From Nanobdellota archaeon (GTDB taxonomy: Archaea > Nanobdellota > Nanobdellia > Woesearchaeales > GCA-2686295), in contig JAHIUF010000018.1 of assembly GCA_018817005.1 (NCBI GenBank), positions 4,964 through 68,963 on the forward strand: a stretch of DNA of 64,000 bases, written 5' to 3'. Positions 8,505 to 18,962 of the stretch are shown one piece after another; the first letter of the stretch is position 1, and each line of letters begins with the position of its first letter. Position numbers and translations under genes: made by a program. The notes beneath the pieces are model-generated. The model worked only from the letters and a program-made list of their open reading frames with translations. It ran no database searches and had not been told where the DNA came from.

Positions 8505-10682
8505 TTATAGTTTCTTCATCTTCAAAAGCAAAGAATTACTCACAACACTAACAGAACTCATTGCCATGGCAACTCCTGCAATCATAGGATTTAATAGCCA
8601 GCCCATAAAAGGATATAATAAGCCTGCAGCCACAGGAATTCCTAGACTATTATAAAATAAAGCCCAAAACATGTTTTGTTTTATTTTGTTCATCGTGATT
8701 TTGCTTAATTTTATAGTTTTGACCACATCCATGATATCATTTTTCATCAAAATCACATCTCCTGTTTCCATAGCCACATCAGTTCCTGAACCCATAACTA
8801 TTCCCACATCTGCTTGAGCTAATGCTGGTGCATCATTAATCCCATCACCAACCATTGCAACAAATCCTTTCTTTTGCAGTTTCTTCACATAATTTACTTT
8901 GTCTTCAGGCAATACTTCTGCAAAATAGTAATCTATTCCTGCTTGTTTTGCCATGAATTTGGCTGTTCGCTCATTATCTCCTGTAATCATATACACGCAT
9001 ATCTTTAATTTCTTTAATTGTTTAATTGCCTCAAATGAACTATCTTTTATGGTGTCTGCAACAGCCATTAGACCTATTAGTTTTTTTGATTCCGCAAGCA
9101 ACATCACAGTTTTTCCTTGCTCTTCAAACTCAATTATTTCAGACTTATACATATTAAAACTAATGTTGTTATCATTCATTAATTTTTGATTCCCAAAAAA
9201 ATATTTTTTATTTTCAATGCTTGCAGTTATTCCATGTCCCGGAATTGATTTGAAATCTTTCACTTTTTTAAGAATAACTTTTTTTTCTTTTGCTTTTTTT
9301 ACTATTGCTTCAGCCAGAGGGTGTTCACTATTACTCTCAAGCGATCCTGCTAACGAAAGAATAGAATATTTGTTTTGTTTTTTCAAAGGAATTATGTCAG
9401 TTATCTCTGGTTTGCCTTTGGTTATAGTTCCAGTTTTGTCAAAAATAATATTTTTTATTTTGTGAGTGGACTCTAATGCTTCTCCTCCTTTTATTAATAT
9501 CCCGTTCTTTGCTCCTTTTCCAGTGCCAACCATTATAGCAGTTGGTGTTGCGAGACCAAGTGCACAAGGACATGCAATTACTAATACAGCAACACTCGCC
9601 ATTAATGCAAATTGAAACTCAGAGCCTATTATAAAAAACCAAGAAATAAATGTACTAAGTGCTATGATTAAAACAATTGGAACAAAGTATGCTGAAACAT
9701 AATCAGCGAATCTTTGTATTGGTGCTTTGTTTCCCTGAGCATTTTCAATGAGCTTTATTATTTGATAAAGTGTTGTGTTAGCACCTACTTTTGTGGCCTT
9801 GAAAATAAAACTTCCATGTTTGTTAATAGTAGCACCAATAACTAAATCACCTTTATTTTTTTCAACAGGAATACTTTCTCCTGTAATCAAACTTTCATCA
9901 ATAGATGAATAACCTTCAATAATAATTCCATCTACAGGAATTTTTTCTCCTGGTTTAACTATGATATTATCTCTGATTAAAACATCATCAACACCTATTT
10001 TTATTTCAATTCCATCTCTTATTACTGTTGCTAATTTAGGTTTTAATCCGATTAGTTTTTTTATTGCTTCACCAGTTTTTCCTTTTGCTTTTGATTCCAA
10101 TAATCTTCCAAATAAAACAATGGTAATTAAAACAGCACTCGCTTCAAAATATACATGCCCATAACCACTAAAAATAACATATACACTATGAAAATAAGCA
10201 GCCGAGGTTCCTAAAATAATAAGAGTGTCCATGTTAGCACTCTTACTTCTTAAAGAATTCAGTGCACTCTTATACATTGGCCATGCAATAACAAATTGCA
10301 CTGGTGTTGCAAGAACCCACATCAAAATATCTTGATATAATATTGGGTTTTTCATAAAAAACATTCCAAGAATGAAAACGGGGACTGCAAAAAAAAGACT
10401 GAAAAAGAATGATTTCTTAAGTTTCAAATATTCTTTTTTTTGCTTATTTTCATAAACACCAAACTCGTTTTCACTAGCAATTATTGCATTATATCCTTTG
10501 CCTATTATTGTGTTAATGAAAACTGTTTTGTTAGTTCTGCTTTCATCGTATTCAATAGTTACTTTATTAGTTGCTAAATTAACATTTGTACTTTTCACAC
10601 CGTCTAGTTTATTGAGAGATTTATTAATGAGAGTTGAGCAACTAGCACAATGCATTCCTGAAATTTGAATAATTGTTTTCAT
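8505..10682 (-). CDS. copA: Copper-translocating P1B-type ATPase
   Basis: N-terminal HMA domain GMHCASCS, membrane CPC motif (ACPCALG), [29 protein letters not shown]; start set at MKTIIQ so the ATG overlaps the mnmA stop (ATGA). Confidence 0.85.
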   Translation of the reverse strand: MKTIIQISGMHCASCSTLINKSLNKLDGVKSTNVNLATNKVTIEYDESRTNKTVFINTIIGKGYNAIIASENEFGVYENKQKKEYLKLKKSFFFSLFFAVPVFILGMFFMKNPILYQDILMWVLATPVQFVIAWPMYKSALNSLRSKSANMDTLIILGTSAAYFHSVYVIFSGYGHVYFEASAVLITIVLFGRLLESKAKGKTGEAIKKLIGLKPKLATVIRDGIEIKIGVDDVLIRDNIIVKPGEKIPVDGIIIEGYSSIDESLITGESIPVEKNKGDLVIGATINKHGSFIFKATKVGANTTLYQIIKLIENAQGNKAPIQRFADYVSAYFVPIVLIIALSTFISWFFIIGSEFQFALMASVAVLVIACPCALGLATPTAIMVGTGKGAKNGILIKGGEALESTHKIKNIIFDKTGTITKGKPEITDIIPLKKQNKYSILSLAGSLESNSEHPLAEAIVKKAKEKKVILKKVKDFKSIPGHGITASIENKKYFFGNQKLMNDNNISFNMYKSEIIEFEEQGKTVMLLAESKKLIGLMAVADTIKDSSFEAIKQLKKLKICVYMITGDNERTAKFMAKQAGIDYYFAEVLPEDKVNYVKKLQKKGFVAMVGDGINDAPALAQADVGIVMGSGTDVAMETGDVILMKNDIMDVVKTIKLSKITMNKIKQNMFWALFYNSLGIPVAAGLLYPFMGWLLNPMIAGVAMAMSSVSVVSNSLLLKMKKL

Positions 10683-11731
10683 TTGATAATTCCTCCGCCA
10701 AGACAAACATTTTTTCTGTAAAACACGCAAAATTGTCCGGGTGTAACGCTATCTTGAAATGTGTTAAAAATAATTTTATATCCTGATTTTAAAGGAACAA
10801 GTTCGGCTTTACTCAATTTCTGAGCATACCTTGTTTTTGCTCTTACATCAAGTGTTTTTCTTGGATGCTTATTCGAAATAAAATTTATATTTCTCAAATA
10901 CACTTCTTTAGACCTAACATCAAGTCTGTTTTTAGTAACAATTAAATCATTTTTCTTTTTTTCCTTAACAAAATAAGTTTCTGATAAACCCAAACCTTTT
11001 CTTTGACCAATTGTAAAAAAATGAACCCCTTTATGTTCTCCAAGCAACTTTCCATTAACATCAAATATGTTTCCATTATTAATTCCTATTTCTTTTTCTA
11101 AAAATTTAGGCAAAGATTTATTTGAAATAAAACAAAAATTCTGGCTTTCTTTTTTCTTAAGAAAAATCTTAAAACCTTCTTTTTCGGCAATTTCAAAAAC
11201 TTCGCTTTTTAATAAATCATTCAAAGGAAAAATAATTTTTTTTAATTGGCTCTGTTTAAGAAAAGAAAGACCATAAGTTTGATCTTTATTCTTATCTTTT
11301 GGTCTTACAAGTTTAAATTCTCCACAGTCACTCTTTATTTTTTTAGCATAATGTCCGCTTGCAACATATTTTACACCTATTTTCTTTGCGTATTCTAGTA
11401 ATTTTGAAAATTTATGAAATCTATTACAAATAACACAAGGATTAGGAGTCCTTCCTTTTTTGAGCTCAGAAATGAAATACTCAATCACTTCTTTCTTAAA
11501 CTCCTTTCTAACATCATATACGTAATAAGGCACATTTAATTTTTTACAAACAGCCTTTGCCAAGTTCAAAGATTCTTTAGTACAACAAGCATTTTCACAT
11601 AATTGGTTAAACTTACTTCTCCAAACAGGAAGCTTTAAAGAAACACCCACAGGTTCGTAACCTTTTTTCTTTAATAAGATTAATGATACTGAAGAATCAA
11701 CTCCTCCTGACATACCCACAACGACTTTCAT
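10679..11731 (-). CDS. mnmA: tRNA-specific 2-thiouridylase MnmA
   Basis: PP-loop [15 protein letters not shown], 350 aa, conserved catalytic Cys region (NPCVICN). Confidence 0.85.
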   Translation of the reverse strand: MKVVVGMSGGVDSSVSLILLKKKGYEPVGVSLKLPVWRSKFNQLCENACCTKESLNLAKAVCKKLNVPYYVYDVRKEFKKEVIEYFISELKKGRTPNPCVICNRFHKFSKLLEYAKKIGVKYVASGHYAKKIKSDCGEFKLVRPKDKNKDQTYGLSFLKQSQLKKIIFPLNDLLKSEVFEIAEKEGFKIFLKKKESQNFCFISNKSLPKFLEKEIGINNGNIFDVNGKLLGEHKGVHFFTIGQRKGLGLSETYFVKEKKKNDLIVTKNRLDVRSKEVYLRNINFISNKHPRKTLDVRAKTRYAQKLSKAELVPLKSGYKIIFNTFQDSVTPGQFCVFYRKNVCLGGGIIK

Positions 11732-11794
11732 TTATAATCTCCACATGATTTTTTGCTCGTTTTAAATTGAATTCTAATAATACTAATATTATAA

Positions 11795-13291
11795 TTAACT
11801 ACCACAACCACAACTTCCACCTCTTGTAGCCTCACAAACAGGAGATCCACAACTTCCACCACATGAGCCTTTTGGTTGTTGTGGAACTTGATTAATCTCT
11901 TTTTGTACTGCTTCTTGGTCAGAAAGATTAACATCATTTATTACAATGAATGTTCCAGGAATCATTCCCATCCAACAACTCCATCTCACAACACCTTCTT
12001 CATCAGGTGTAAACTCAACTATTTGTTCTCCTGATTTAATATTAAACTCCAAACCATATTTTGGTACTTGAATTGCATTATTACAACCAGTTATTTCTTT
12101 ACCATTAATTATCCATCTTACAGGAACTCCTTTCTTTAATACAAATGTGTCAGGATTCCAACCATTTCTGTTTACTTCCATTCTAATCTCTTGAAAACCA
12201 TCACTAACCGCAAGCACGCTTCCAACTGCCATTTCTTTAGTTCCAGTTGCAGTTACAAATCCGGAGATTGAAGAAAAATCATATCCAGTACCTGTTAGGA
12301 CAAGACTGTTGTTAATCATCACTAAACCAAGAATTATAACTATGACTCCTGATGCCTTTAATATTTTTTGCGTAACTTTTCCAGATACAAAACTTGCAAA
12401 ATATCCAAAACCAAGCATTACAGGTAATGTTCCAAGACCAAAAACTAAAAGTAGTTTTGCTCCTCCAATCATACTTCCTGTTCCTGCAGCCATAATATAT
12501 ATTGCCTGCAAAGGTCCACAAGCAATCATCAATCCATTTAACAAGCCGATTGTTAAAGGACTGGAGTATTTTGAGTTTTTACCAACGAAGTTTGTGATAA
12601 ATTTTGGTGTTCTTAATTGAATTTTTCTTAAGATTGGAAATATATTTAGCATTTTAAGTCCGTATAATACAAGAAACAATCCTGCTAGAAATCCAATCAC
12701 GCCTCTAATTGTTGGTGTGAATGCAATAAATGATCCGAGCAATCCAAATATTGCTCCTATAATGGTATATGAAGTAGTTTTTCCAATCCCATACATGAGA
12801 TGAGATTTATGAGATTTTGTTCCTTCCTGAGCGTGTTTTGCAGCATAACTAATAACAAACCCTCCACACATACTAATACAATGAAATCCTGTTAGTAATC
12901 CAACAACAAATAATAACCCAAAACTCATATTCTGACTTATGCTTGGCAACTGGATTCCATCAACAAAATTAAATAAAAAATATCCTACAATTATTAGTCC
13001 TATAATTGCAGAAATCCATCCAAAAGTTTTGTTGGTATTTTGTTTTTGTTCATTAAGAATAGAACAAGTGTAATTTTTTTCCTCAATTTTTGATAATATT
13101 TCATCAATATCTGTTTTTTTCTTATCAAAAACAACATAACCTGTTTCAGTTGACAGATCAAATGATACTTTGTTTACTCCGTTAACTTTAAGTGCTTGTT
13201 TCTTTATAATTGTTGCACAACCATCACAAGTTGTGCCTTTTGCGATAAAACCTTTTTTTTCAATCATTTTAATAAACCTCATAACCTTCAT
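11795..13291 (-). CDS. Heavy-metal-associated membrane protein: HMA domain, DsbD_2-like transmembrane core, cupredoxin-like domain, Cys-rich C-terminal tail
   Basis: N-terminal CDGCA metal-binding motif, TM region with CISMCGG, C-terminal beta-domain with CNNA...CWMGMIPG, tail GSCGGSCGSPVCEATRGGSCGCGS. Confidence 0.55.
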   Translation of the reverse strand: MKVMRFIKMIEKKGFIAKGTTCDGCATIIKKQALKVNGVNKVSFDLSTETGYVVFDKKKTDIDEILSKIEEKNYTCSILNEQKQNTNKTFGWISAIIGLIIVGYFLFNFVDGIQLPSISQNMSFGLLFVVGLLTGFHCISMCGGFVISYAAKHAQEGTKSHKSHLMYGIGKTTSYTIIGAIFGLLGSFIAFTPTIRGVIGFLAGLFLVLYGLKMLNIFPILRKIQLRTPKFITNFVGKNSKYSSPLTIGLLNGLMIACGPLQAIYIMAAGTGSMIGGAKLLLVFGLGTLPVMLGFGYFASFVSGKVTQKILKASGVIVIILGLVMINNSLVLTGTGYDFSSISGFVTATGTKEMAVGSVLAVSDGFQEIRMEVNRNGWNPDTFVLKKGVPVRWIINGKEITGCNNAIQVPKYGLEFNIKSGEQIVEFTPDEEGVVRWSCWMGMIPGTFIVINDVNLSDQEAVQKEINQVPQQPKGSCGGSCGSPVCEATRGGSCGCGS

Positions 13292-13475
13292 TTTTGATAA
13301 TTAATTTCAATTGATTCTCACTTGTCCTTTTCTCATCAAAAAAAATTATTACTGTGCCTTTATTGTGAGAAACTTCAATATTTTTCACTCCTTCTTGTTC
13401 TTCTAATGTATCAATAATTAGCATCTCACAACTTTTGCAGTGCATTCCTTTAACCTGAATCGTGATTTTTTTCAT
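13269..13475 (-). CDS. Copper chaperone (CopZ-like HMA domain protein)
   Basis: 68 aa, MKKITIQVKGMHCKSCE (GMxCxxC). Confidence 0.7.
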   Translation of the reverse strand: MKKITIQVKGMHCKSCEMLIIDTLEEQEGVKNIEVSHNKGTVIIFFDEKRTSENQLKLIIKNEGYEVY

Positions 13476-13589
13476 AATTCATCTCAAAGATACGTAATTA
13501 AAGCTTTATAAATACCCTTCCTCCGAAATAAAACTTCAAAAACAAGCTTAAACTAGAAAATTATTGTCCCAGAACGTTTAAAACGCTTT

Positions 13590-14144
13590 TTAGAACTTCT
13601 TTATTAAGTATATCTCTTTTGTCTTTCCGGCAGGTTTTCTACTTATTATGCTTTTTTCTTCAAGTCCTTTTAGAATTAATGATAATGCTGTTTTTGAAAT
13701 ATTAGTCCTAAATCTTAATGTTGATTGTTTTATACCTTCTTGATCCTTTGTTGCTCTTAGCACTTTTTGTTCTTCTTCATTAAAACCTGCCAGATAAGCC
13801 TTAAATTCATCTTTTTCTCTTTCCTGTTTCTTTGCAGACTCCAAAGCACTTGATACTTTAATTTGATGTTCTGTTATCATTTTCTGTGTTTTATCAAAAA
13901 ATGTTAAGTAAACACCAAATAAGAACAATGCACCTGAAACAGCCCAACCAAAAACATACAATGGTAGGTCTTTTTTATGAAGACATGTTCCATCTTCCAA
14001 ATAACAAGTTCCTTCTTTAGCCATGTAGTCTTGTATAAACGCTTCATTATTGTTTTTTACCATGAAAATAAAACTACTCAGAAGAACTGATACTATTAGT
14101 AATATGATTCCAATATGCTTTTGATCCATGTTGTGTTCTTTCAA
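13590..14144 (-). CDS. Membrane-anchored winged-helix transcriptional regulator (putative metal sensor)
   Basis: Two TM helices bracket an extracytoplasmic CYLEDGTC Cys pair; C-terminal MarR/ArsR-like wHTH (ISKTALSLILKGLEEKSIISRKPAGKTKEIYL). Confidence 0.4.
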   Translation of the reverse strand: MKEHNMDQKHIGIILLIVSVLLSSFIFMVKNNNEAFIQDYMAKEGTCYLEDGTCLHKKDLPLYVFGWAVSGALFLFGVYLTFFDKTQKMITEHQIKVSSALESAKKQEREKDEFKAYLAGFNEEEQKVLRATKDQEGIKQSTLRFRTNISKTALSLILKGLEEKSIISRKPAGKTKEIYLIKKF

Positions 14145-14381
14145 TCTGTAAGGTATTTAAATAATTTTATGTTTATTCGAAAATTTTTTCAACAAATAAA
14201 AAAAATCAGTTCATCAAAGTATTAACATTATATGAAGAATATAAGAACAATTATTTTCCAGAAAGAATAGCAACTAACAATAAATATTAACTCCACTTCT
14301 TAATTTAAAAAATAAAAATCATCATTGTTAAGTAGTTATTTTTAGAAAGATTTATGTGCTGTATTTGATTACCGCCTTAAA

Positions 14382-14687
14382 ATGAGTAAAAAAAATTATT
14401 TCAATCAAATATGTGATGCATTTAAAACAGGAAGAGAACTCATAAAAAGTAATTTTGATATAATGCAAAAAAAATACAATGTGGGTGAATTATACAAAGA
14501 AGAAGATGGTAGTATAGAAATAACTGAATTGAATAACATCGAACAAAAATTAAAAGAGATTCATAAAACAAACTCAAAAATCACTACCGTAGCATTAATT
14601 ACAGGAATTATGTCAAGACCAATATACACATCTCGCATCACTTACATGATGTCGCGTGCTAAAAATACCCCTAGTTCTACTCAATAA
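14382..14687 (+). CDS. hypothetical protein
   Basis: 101-aa ORF, no motif. Confidence 0.3.
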   Translation: MSKKNYFNQICDAFKTGRELIKSNFDIMQKKYNVGELYKEEDGSIEITELNNIEQKLKEIHKTNSKITTVALITGIMSRPIYTSRITYMMSRAKNTPSSTQ

Positions 14688-14830
14688 TCAATTCTAGATT
14701 TTGCTGGTATTATTTACAATATTTAGCAAGAAATCCTCTACGGCATTGTTCGGGTGTATGAAAAATTGTAAACATTTGATTTTTTCAAAATCGTTTCATA
14801 ATCTTTATAAATAATTAAACACAGTTCTTA

Positions 14831-15424
14831 TTAATATGAACTTGTGGGAATGATGGACCGTCTTGGACCAGAAACATTCGGAATCTGGTGTGTATTTCTA
14901 ACTTCTCGTTGGTCTAACATATCTAATAAGCGATTTGCTCTATTCCGATTATATCTTTGAGCCATTATTGGATAAAGATTGATAATTACATTTGTTATAC
15001 CCCAAACAATTGCGCTAGAATAATCTTTATCTGCTAAACTCATCATTGTCAAAGTTGTGTGAATTGGTGCAAGAACAAATGTGTGAATTCCTTCAAGAAG
15101 TTTCGTTGAATTAACGAATGATTGCAAATCTTCTTTTTTTCTTCCTTCAATCAGCGAATCCTTTGAAGAGAATTTAGTTCCATAGTTTGGACAATACTTT
15201 CCAAATAATTTAATTCCTAAAATTTCATATAATTTTCCGCTCTTCTCAAATAATTTTGGTTCAAAATATGACTCTTGTAAATCATTTAATCCCTCACCAA
15301 TTTTTTGCCAGAAGGATTTAGTTTCACCAGAATAAACCGAGTCTGTTTTTTCTTGATATAGTTCTTCTTCTAAATTGAATTGTGACTTAAAATTAGTTAT
15401 TGATAATGCAAGTTCTTGGGCCAT
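14831..15424 (-). CDS. hypothetical protein
   Basis: 197-aa ORF, C-terminal hydrophobic region. Confidence 0.4.
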   Translation of the reverse strand: MAQELALSITNFKSQFNLEEELYQEKTDSVYSGETKSFWQKIGEGLNDLQESYFEPKLFEKSGKLYEILGIKLFGKYCPNYGTKFSSKDSLIEGRKKEDLQSFVNSTKLLEGIHTFVLAPIHTTLTMMSLADKDYSSAIVWGITNVIINLYPIMAQRYNRNRANRLLDMLDQREVRNTHQIPNVSGPRRSIIPTSSY

Positions 15425-15571
15425 ATGATTTTAATGGTGTTTGCACTTTATAAATGTTTCGTTTTGTTGTTACTTAATAGTGATAATTAATTGAAATTTA
15501 AATGGCTTAGACGATACTTGAACATTACAAAGATTTAAAACCCACCACAATTTTAATTCCACATCTTGACT

Positions 15572-15640
15572 ACATACTGTGTTCACTAGACTAATAAGTT
15601 CAAATTCACTCTGCAAACATAAAGTTTTCAAAACAGTATT
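15572..15640. repeat. Intergenic element: core TTCAAATTCACTCTGC (15599-15614) flanked by 7-bp inverted repeats ATACTGT/ACAGTAT
   Basis: Identical 16-mer to 5182-5197; inverted repeats read directly. Confidence 0.35.
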
Positions 15641-15755
15641 AATTATAACTAAAAATAAATTTATCAGAAAAAAATATAATTTAAAAAAAACTAATTTATC
15701 AAAGCGTTTGCAACGCTAGTTAATACTTTTTTATTTTTAATTTAATAAGTTTTAA

Positions 15756-15947
15756 CTAAACTCTTTTTACATTAACTGCTTTTGGGCCTCTGTCTCCATT
15801 TTCTACATCAAATGTGACTTCGTCGTTTTCGTGTAAAGTTACTCCATCTCCTAACGAAGATTGATGTACAAAAACTTCTTTTCCATCTTCAGCAGCAATA
15901 AATCCAAATCCTTTCATTTCATTGAAAAATTTTACTGTTCCATTCAT
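15756..15947 (-). CDS. Cold-shock protein (CspA family)
   Basis: [17 protein letters not shown]...VNVKRV; GGAGGTG Shine-Dalgarno 7 nt upstream of this Met (the upstream Met sits inside the SD). Confidence 0.85.
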   Translation of the reverse strand: MNGTVKFFNEMKGFGFIAAEDGKEVFVHQSSLGDGVTLHENDEVTFDVENGDRGPKAVNVKRV

Positions 15948-16122
15948 TTTTTTCACCTCCATATATTTTTTGGTTTAATATTAGTTCTCAGAATTCGCCT
16001 CGTAAATTTGTTAAATAAATATTTTAATTGACAAATAGTCAAAGTTCTGATTAGTATAGAAATGATGGTTCCTTTTTAAATGATTCTATTTAGTTCTGTT
16101 TATTACAACAATCTCAACAATC

Positions 16123-16494
16123 TCAGATGATTTTAGTATTCCAATATTCATTTAGAAAAGAGATTTTATTTCCTTTCATTTTTAGAATCATGATACCAAC
16201 CATTTTGTGTGTTTCTTTTTTGTGAATATTTTTACATTCCCACTCGGAAAACCCAGTTTTTTCATCTTTTGATAAATAACATTTTCCAAGTTTAAATTTT
16301 ATTTTTATAGTTTCTTTTTTAACCACTTCATCCCAAAATTTCTTAATTTCTCTGTGTCCGCGATAAGGTTTTTTCAAAGGGCTTTCTTGATAAACACCGT
16401 TTTTTGTAAAACATTCCATGATTAAATTAGAATCCTGATTTTCCCAAGCTTTTCCATATTTTTTCATCACTTCTTTTATCTGTTCAACATTCAT
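16123..16494 (-). CDS. NTF2-like/SnoaL-like domain protein
   Basis: 123 aa, pattern KAWENQDSNLIMECFTKNGVY typical of the NTF2-like fold. Confidence 0.45.
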   Translation of the reverse strand: MNVEQIKEVMKKYGKAWENQDSNLIMECFTKNGVYQESPLKKPYRGHREIKKFWDEVVKKETIKIKFKLGKCYLSKDEKTGFSEWECKNIHKKETHKMVGIMILKMKGNKISFLNEYWNTKII

Positions 16495-16603
16495 ACTTAG
16501 AACATAATAATTTATTGTTTATTAATGTTTACTCTTTGAAATAAACTCCCCTTATTAAGGATTCAGATAAAGATTTATATACAAATCTGCATTTCCTTTT
16601 ATT

Positions 16604-16948
16604 ATGGCTGAAGATGAATTGTTAATAAAAATAATCCAAAGCGAAAAAAAATCAAAAATACTTGGTATTTCGATTCCATTCACATCACATTTAATAAGTA
16701 ATGGCTTTTATTCATCAACAAAAAGAACTAGTCGTGGAGTTGAAGGAGCGATGAATCCTTTAGACTGTTTAGTAAGCCTTCTGGTAAATGCTGAACTTAA
16801 CAGAGATGATAAGAAACAACTCGGACCAATTCATGCTACTTTTAAACTTCTGGGGGATGATGAATATTATGCTTCTGAGATGGAAGAAATATTAAATATT
16901 TATGCTCGTTCTGAAAAAACAACAGTGAAATTTGAATATATAGAATAA
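16604..16948 (+). CDS. hypothetical protein
   Basis: 114-aa ORF. Confidence 0.3.
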   Translation: MAEDELLIKIIQSEKKSKILGISIPFTSHLISNGFYSSTKRTSRGVEGAMNPLDCLVSLLVNAELNRDDKKQLGPIHATFKLLGDDEYYASEMEEILNIYARSEKTTVKFEYIE

Positions 16949-16983
16949 TTGTAAATGATTTCTTATAACTAATTATATCAAGA

Positions 16984-17607
16984 TTATTCGATTATAATTA
17001 CATCCCCATCTCTCAGAGTCTTAAACTGGATGTTATTGTCTTTGCAATATTGAACTTCTTTGTCAATGTCAGCGGATTCTGGATGGTCTGATTTGTAGTG
17101 TGGGAGGATAATATAATTTAAATATCCAAGACCCTCCAAAATAGTTTCTTGAAGTTCTTTGTATGGTTTATCTGTAGAATCATCAACAATCTGTAAAGCC
17201 TTAAGGTTTGGTGCTAAAACACAAATTCCTGCGCTATATCCTGAGTATACAAAATCCTTTCTGTTTAAAAGTTCATTAAATATTAAATCAAATCCACTCA
17301 AATTCATAGCTTGTCTTAAAATAAAAGTGTTTCCACCACTGACAAAAATACCCCCTAATCCAGTTATTTCTTCCCTGAGAATATCAGTCTTACCAAAATA
17401 ATTTTTCAAATCAAGATATTCAACATTTAATCCAAGATTGCTTAAACTTTCAATATCAAATTTCTCCCAAGCAGTTCTTCTGTTAACATCCACCTTTGTA
17501 AAATCACATGCATTCGGAATATACCCGATTTTTTTATTTTCCGGCATTAATCTAGCTAATTCTTCAGATTTATTTCCAAGTCTGAAAGATGACAAATAAA
17601 ATTTCAT
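16984..17607 (-). CDS. Peptidase S51 family (dipeptidase E-like)
   Basis: FVSGGNTF and YSGYSAGICV active-site Ser motif. Confidence 0.6.
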   Translation of the reverse strand: MKFYLSSFRLGNKSEELARLMPENKKIGYIPNACDFTKVDVNRRTAWEKFDIESLSNLGLNVEYLDLKNYFGKTDILREEITGLGGIFVSGGNTFILRQAMNLSGFDLIFNELLNRKDFVYSGYSAGICVLAPNLKALQIVDDSTDKPYKELQETILEGLGYLNYIILPHYKSDHPESADIDKEVQYCKDNNIQFKTLRDGDVIIIE

Positions 17608-17757
17608 AATGATTTATAAGAATTAAATGTTTATTAATGTTTCTACAAGAATAATCTTCAGCTCCAAAATTTATATTATCAAATTGTTATAATGAAAATT
17701 GTGCTCAATATCGCATTGTAACCAAAAATTTATATAGATTTATTTACATATTTAAAA

Positions 17758-18143
17758 AATGCAAAGCAAATTACCAAAACCTTTTGATAAAGCGATGATT
17801 TATGAAAATTCTAAATTATATGTTTGTTTGGCAAATTATCCAATAGTTAAAGGTCATACAATTATTGTTTGGAAAGAATCAGTTACTGATTTGCATTTGC
17901 TTTCAAAAAAAAGATTATGAACATTTAATGGATAAAGTTGATGAAATTAGAAACGCTCTTCTTAAAACTTTGAAAATAAAAAAGGTTTATTTAATTTACA
18001 TGGATGAAACAAATCAAGTCCATTGGCATCTAGTTCCAAGATATAATGAGAGAGGGTTTGATGTTTTTCAACATAAACCTTCTAAATTAACAGATTTTTC
18101 TTTGACTCAAAAAATAAAGAGAAACTTGGTTCTTAAAATATAG
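17758..18143 (+). pseudogene. HIT-family (histidine triad) hydrolase gene split by a frameshift in an A8 homopolymer (17905-17912)
   Basis: Frame 1: MQSKLPKPFDKAMIYENSKLYVCLANYPIVKGHTIIVWKE...LSKKRL-stop (TGA 17918-17920); frame 0 continues KKDYEHLMDK...QVHWHLVPRYNE (histidine triad). Removing one A gives an intact HIT protein of about 128 aa. Confidence 0.6.
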
Positions 18144-18308
18144 CTGTGTTGTCTGAATCGCGCCACTACTCGTTTTGTTCTATTGCATGCCTTGCAAGTT
18201 TCACAAAATAACAAAAAATTAGTACATCATATGTGAACAGTGCATCTTAAAAGCTTGATTTAAAATTACTAGAATAAAGAATTACATCCAATAAAAAAAT
18301 TGAAATAA

Positions 18309-18902
18309 TTACCATTTATTGTCAAGAACTCTTGTCCAGACTTCATCAGTTGGTTTTATCCATTCAACATTTAATCTGTTAAACTCTATTCCAGACCATA
18401 TTGTTAATTGGGAAAGATTATAATTTTGTTTATATTCAAAAACAGGAACTCTTGATTCCCAATATTTTTTGAACGCATCATTCATAGATTGTTTAGTTGA
18501 TATTCCGAAACCCTTTGATTCTTTATACAATTCTCTTTCTACATGAGCTCTTTCAACAATATATGCTTTGTCTTTTGGCTTTAGTTGAAAACTCAATAGC
18601 AGAACTTCTTTTTCTCGACAAATATCATGCATTAATGAATTCCAAAGATATGAAAACTCAGAATTTTCCAACCAAGAGTTTGGTTCAGGTTCTAACAATC
18701 CTTCGATTACACCCTCATGAGATTCATCAGGCAAAAAATGCCCATAACCAAGACGAATAAATCTTTTTCTAGGAATTAACCCTGCAAATTTTTCAAAATC
18801 AAAAGAAATGTGCCCATCTATTCCTGTTGTTTGCATAGATTGATATGCCTTTGGATTAGAATAATGATAACCAACAATTTTATCATGAATTTTAGTGATC
18901 AT
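18309..18902 (-). CDS. hypothetical protein
   Basis: 197-aa ORF. Confidence 0.4.
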   Translation of the reverse strand: MITKIHDKIVGYHYSNPKAYQSMQTTGIDGHISFDFEKFAGLIPRKRFIRLGYGHFLPDESHEGVIEGLLEPEPNSWLENSEFSYLWNSLMHDICREKEVLLLSFQLKPKDKAYIVERAHVERELYKESKGFGISTKQSMNDAFKKYWESRVPVFEYKQNYNLSQLTIWSGIEFNRLNVEWIKPTDEVWTRVLDNKW

Positions 18903-18962
18903 GTTTCATAAATTTGTTTAATGTAAAAATATTTTGACAGTTTTAAAAAAAATAGTGAAAAA

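Noticed and set aside
10683-10730. Upstream extension of copA ([16 protein letters not shown])
   Set aside because: It would overlap mnmA by 52 nt. Starting at MKTIIQ places the start directly before the HMA domain and gives the typical ATGA stop-start overlap.
11728-11937. 69-aa minus-strand ORF between mnmA and the HMA membrane gene
   Set aside because: It overlaps the 3' end of the 498-aa gene in another frame, is poly-Val low complexity, and is likely spurious.
14210-14225. C/D-box sRNA-like TGATGA...CTGA on the minus strand
   Set aside because: The boxes are adjacent with no guide region between them.
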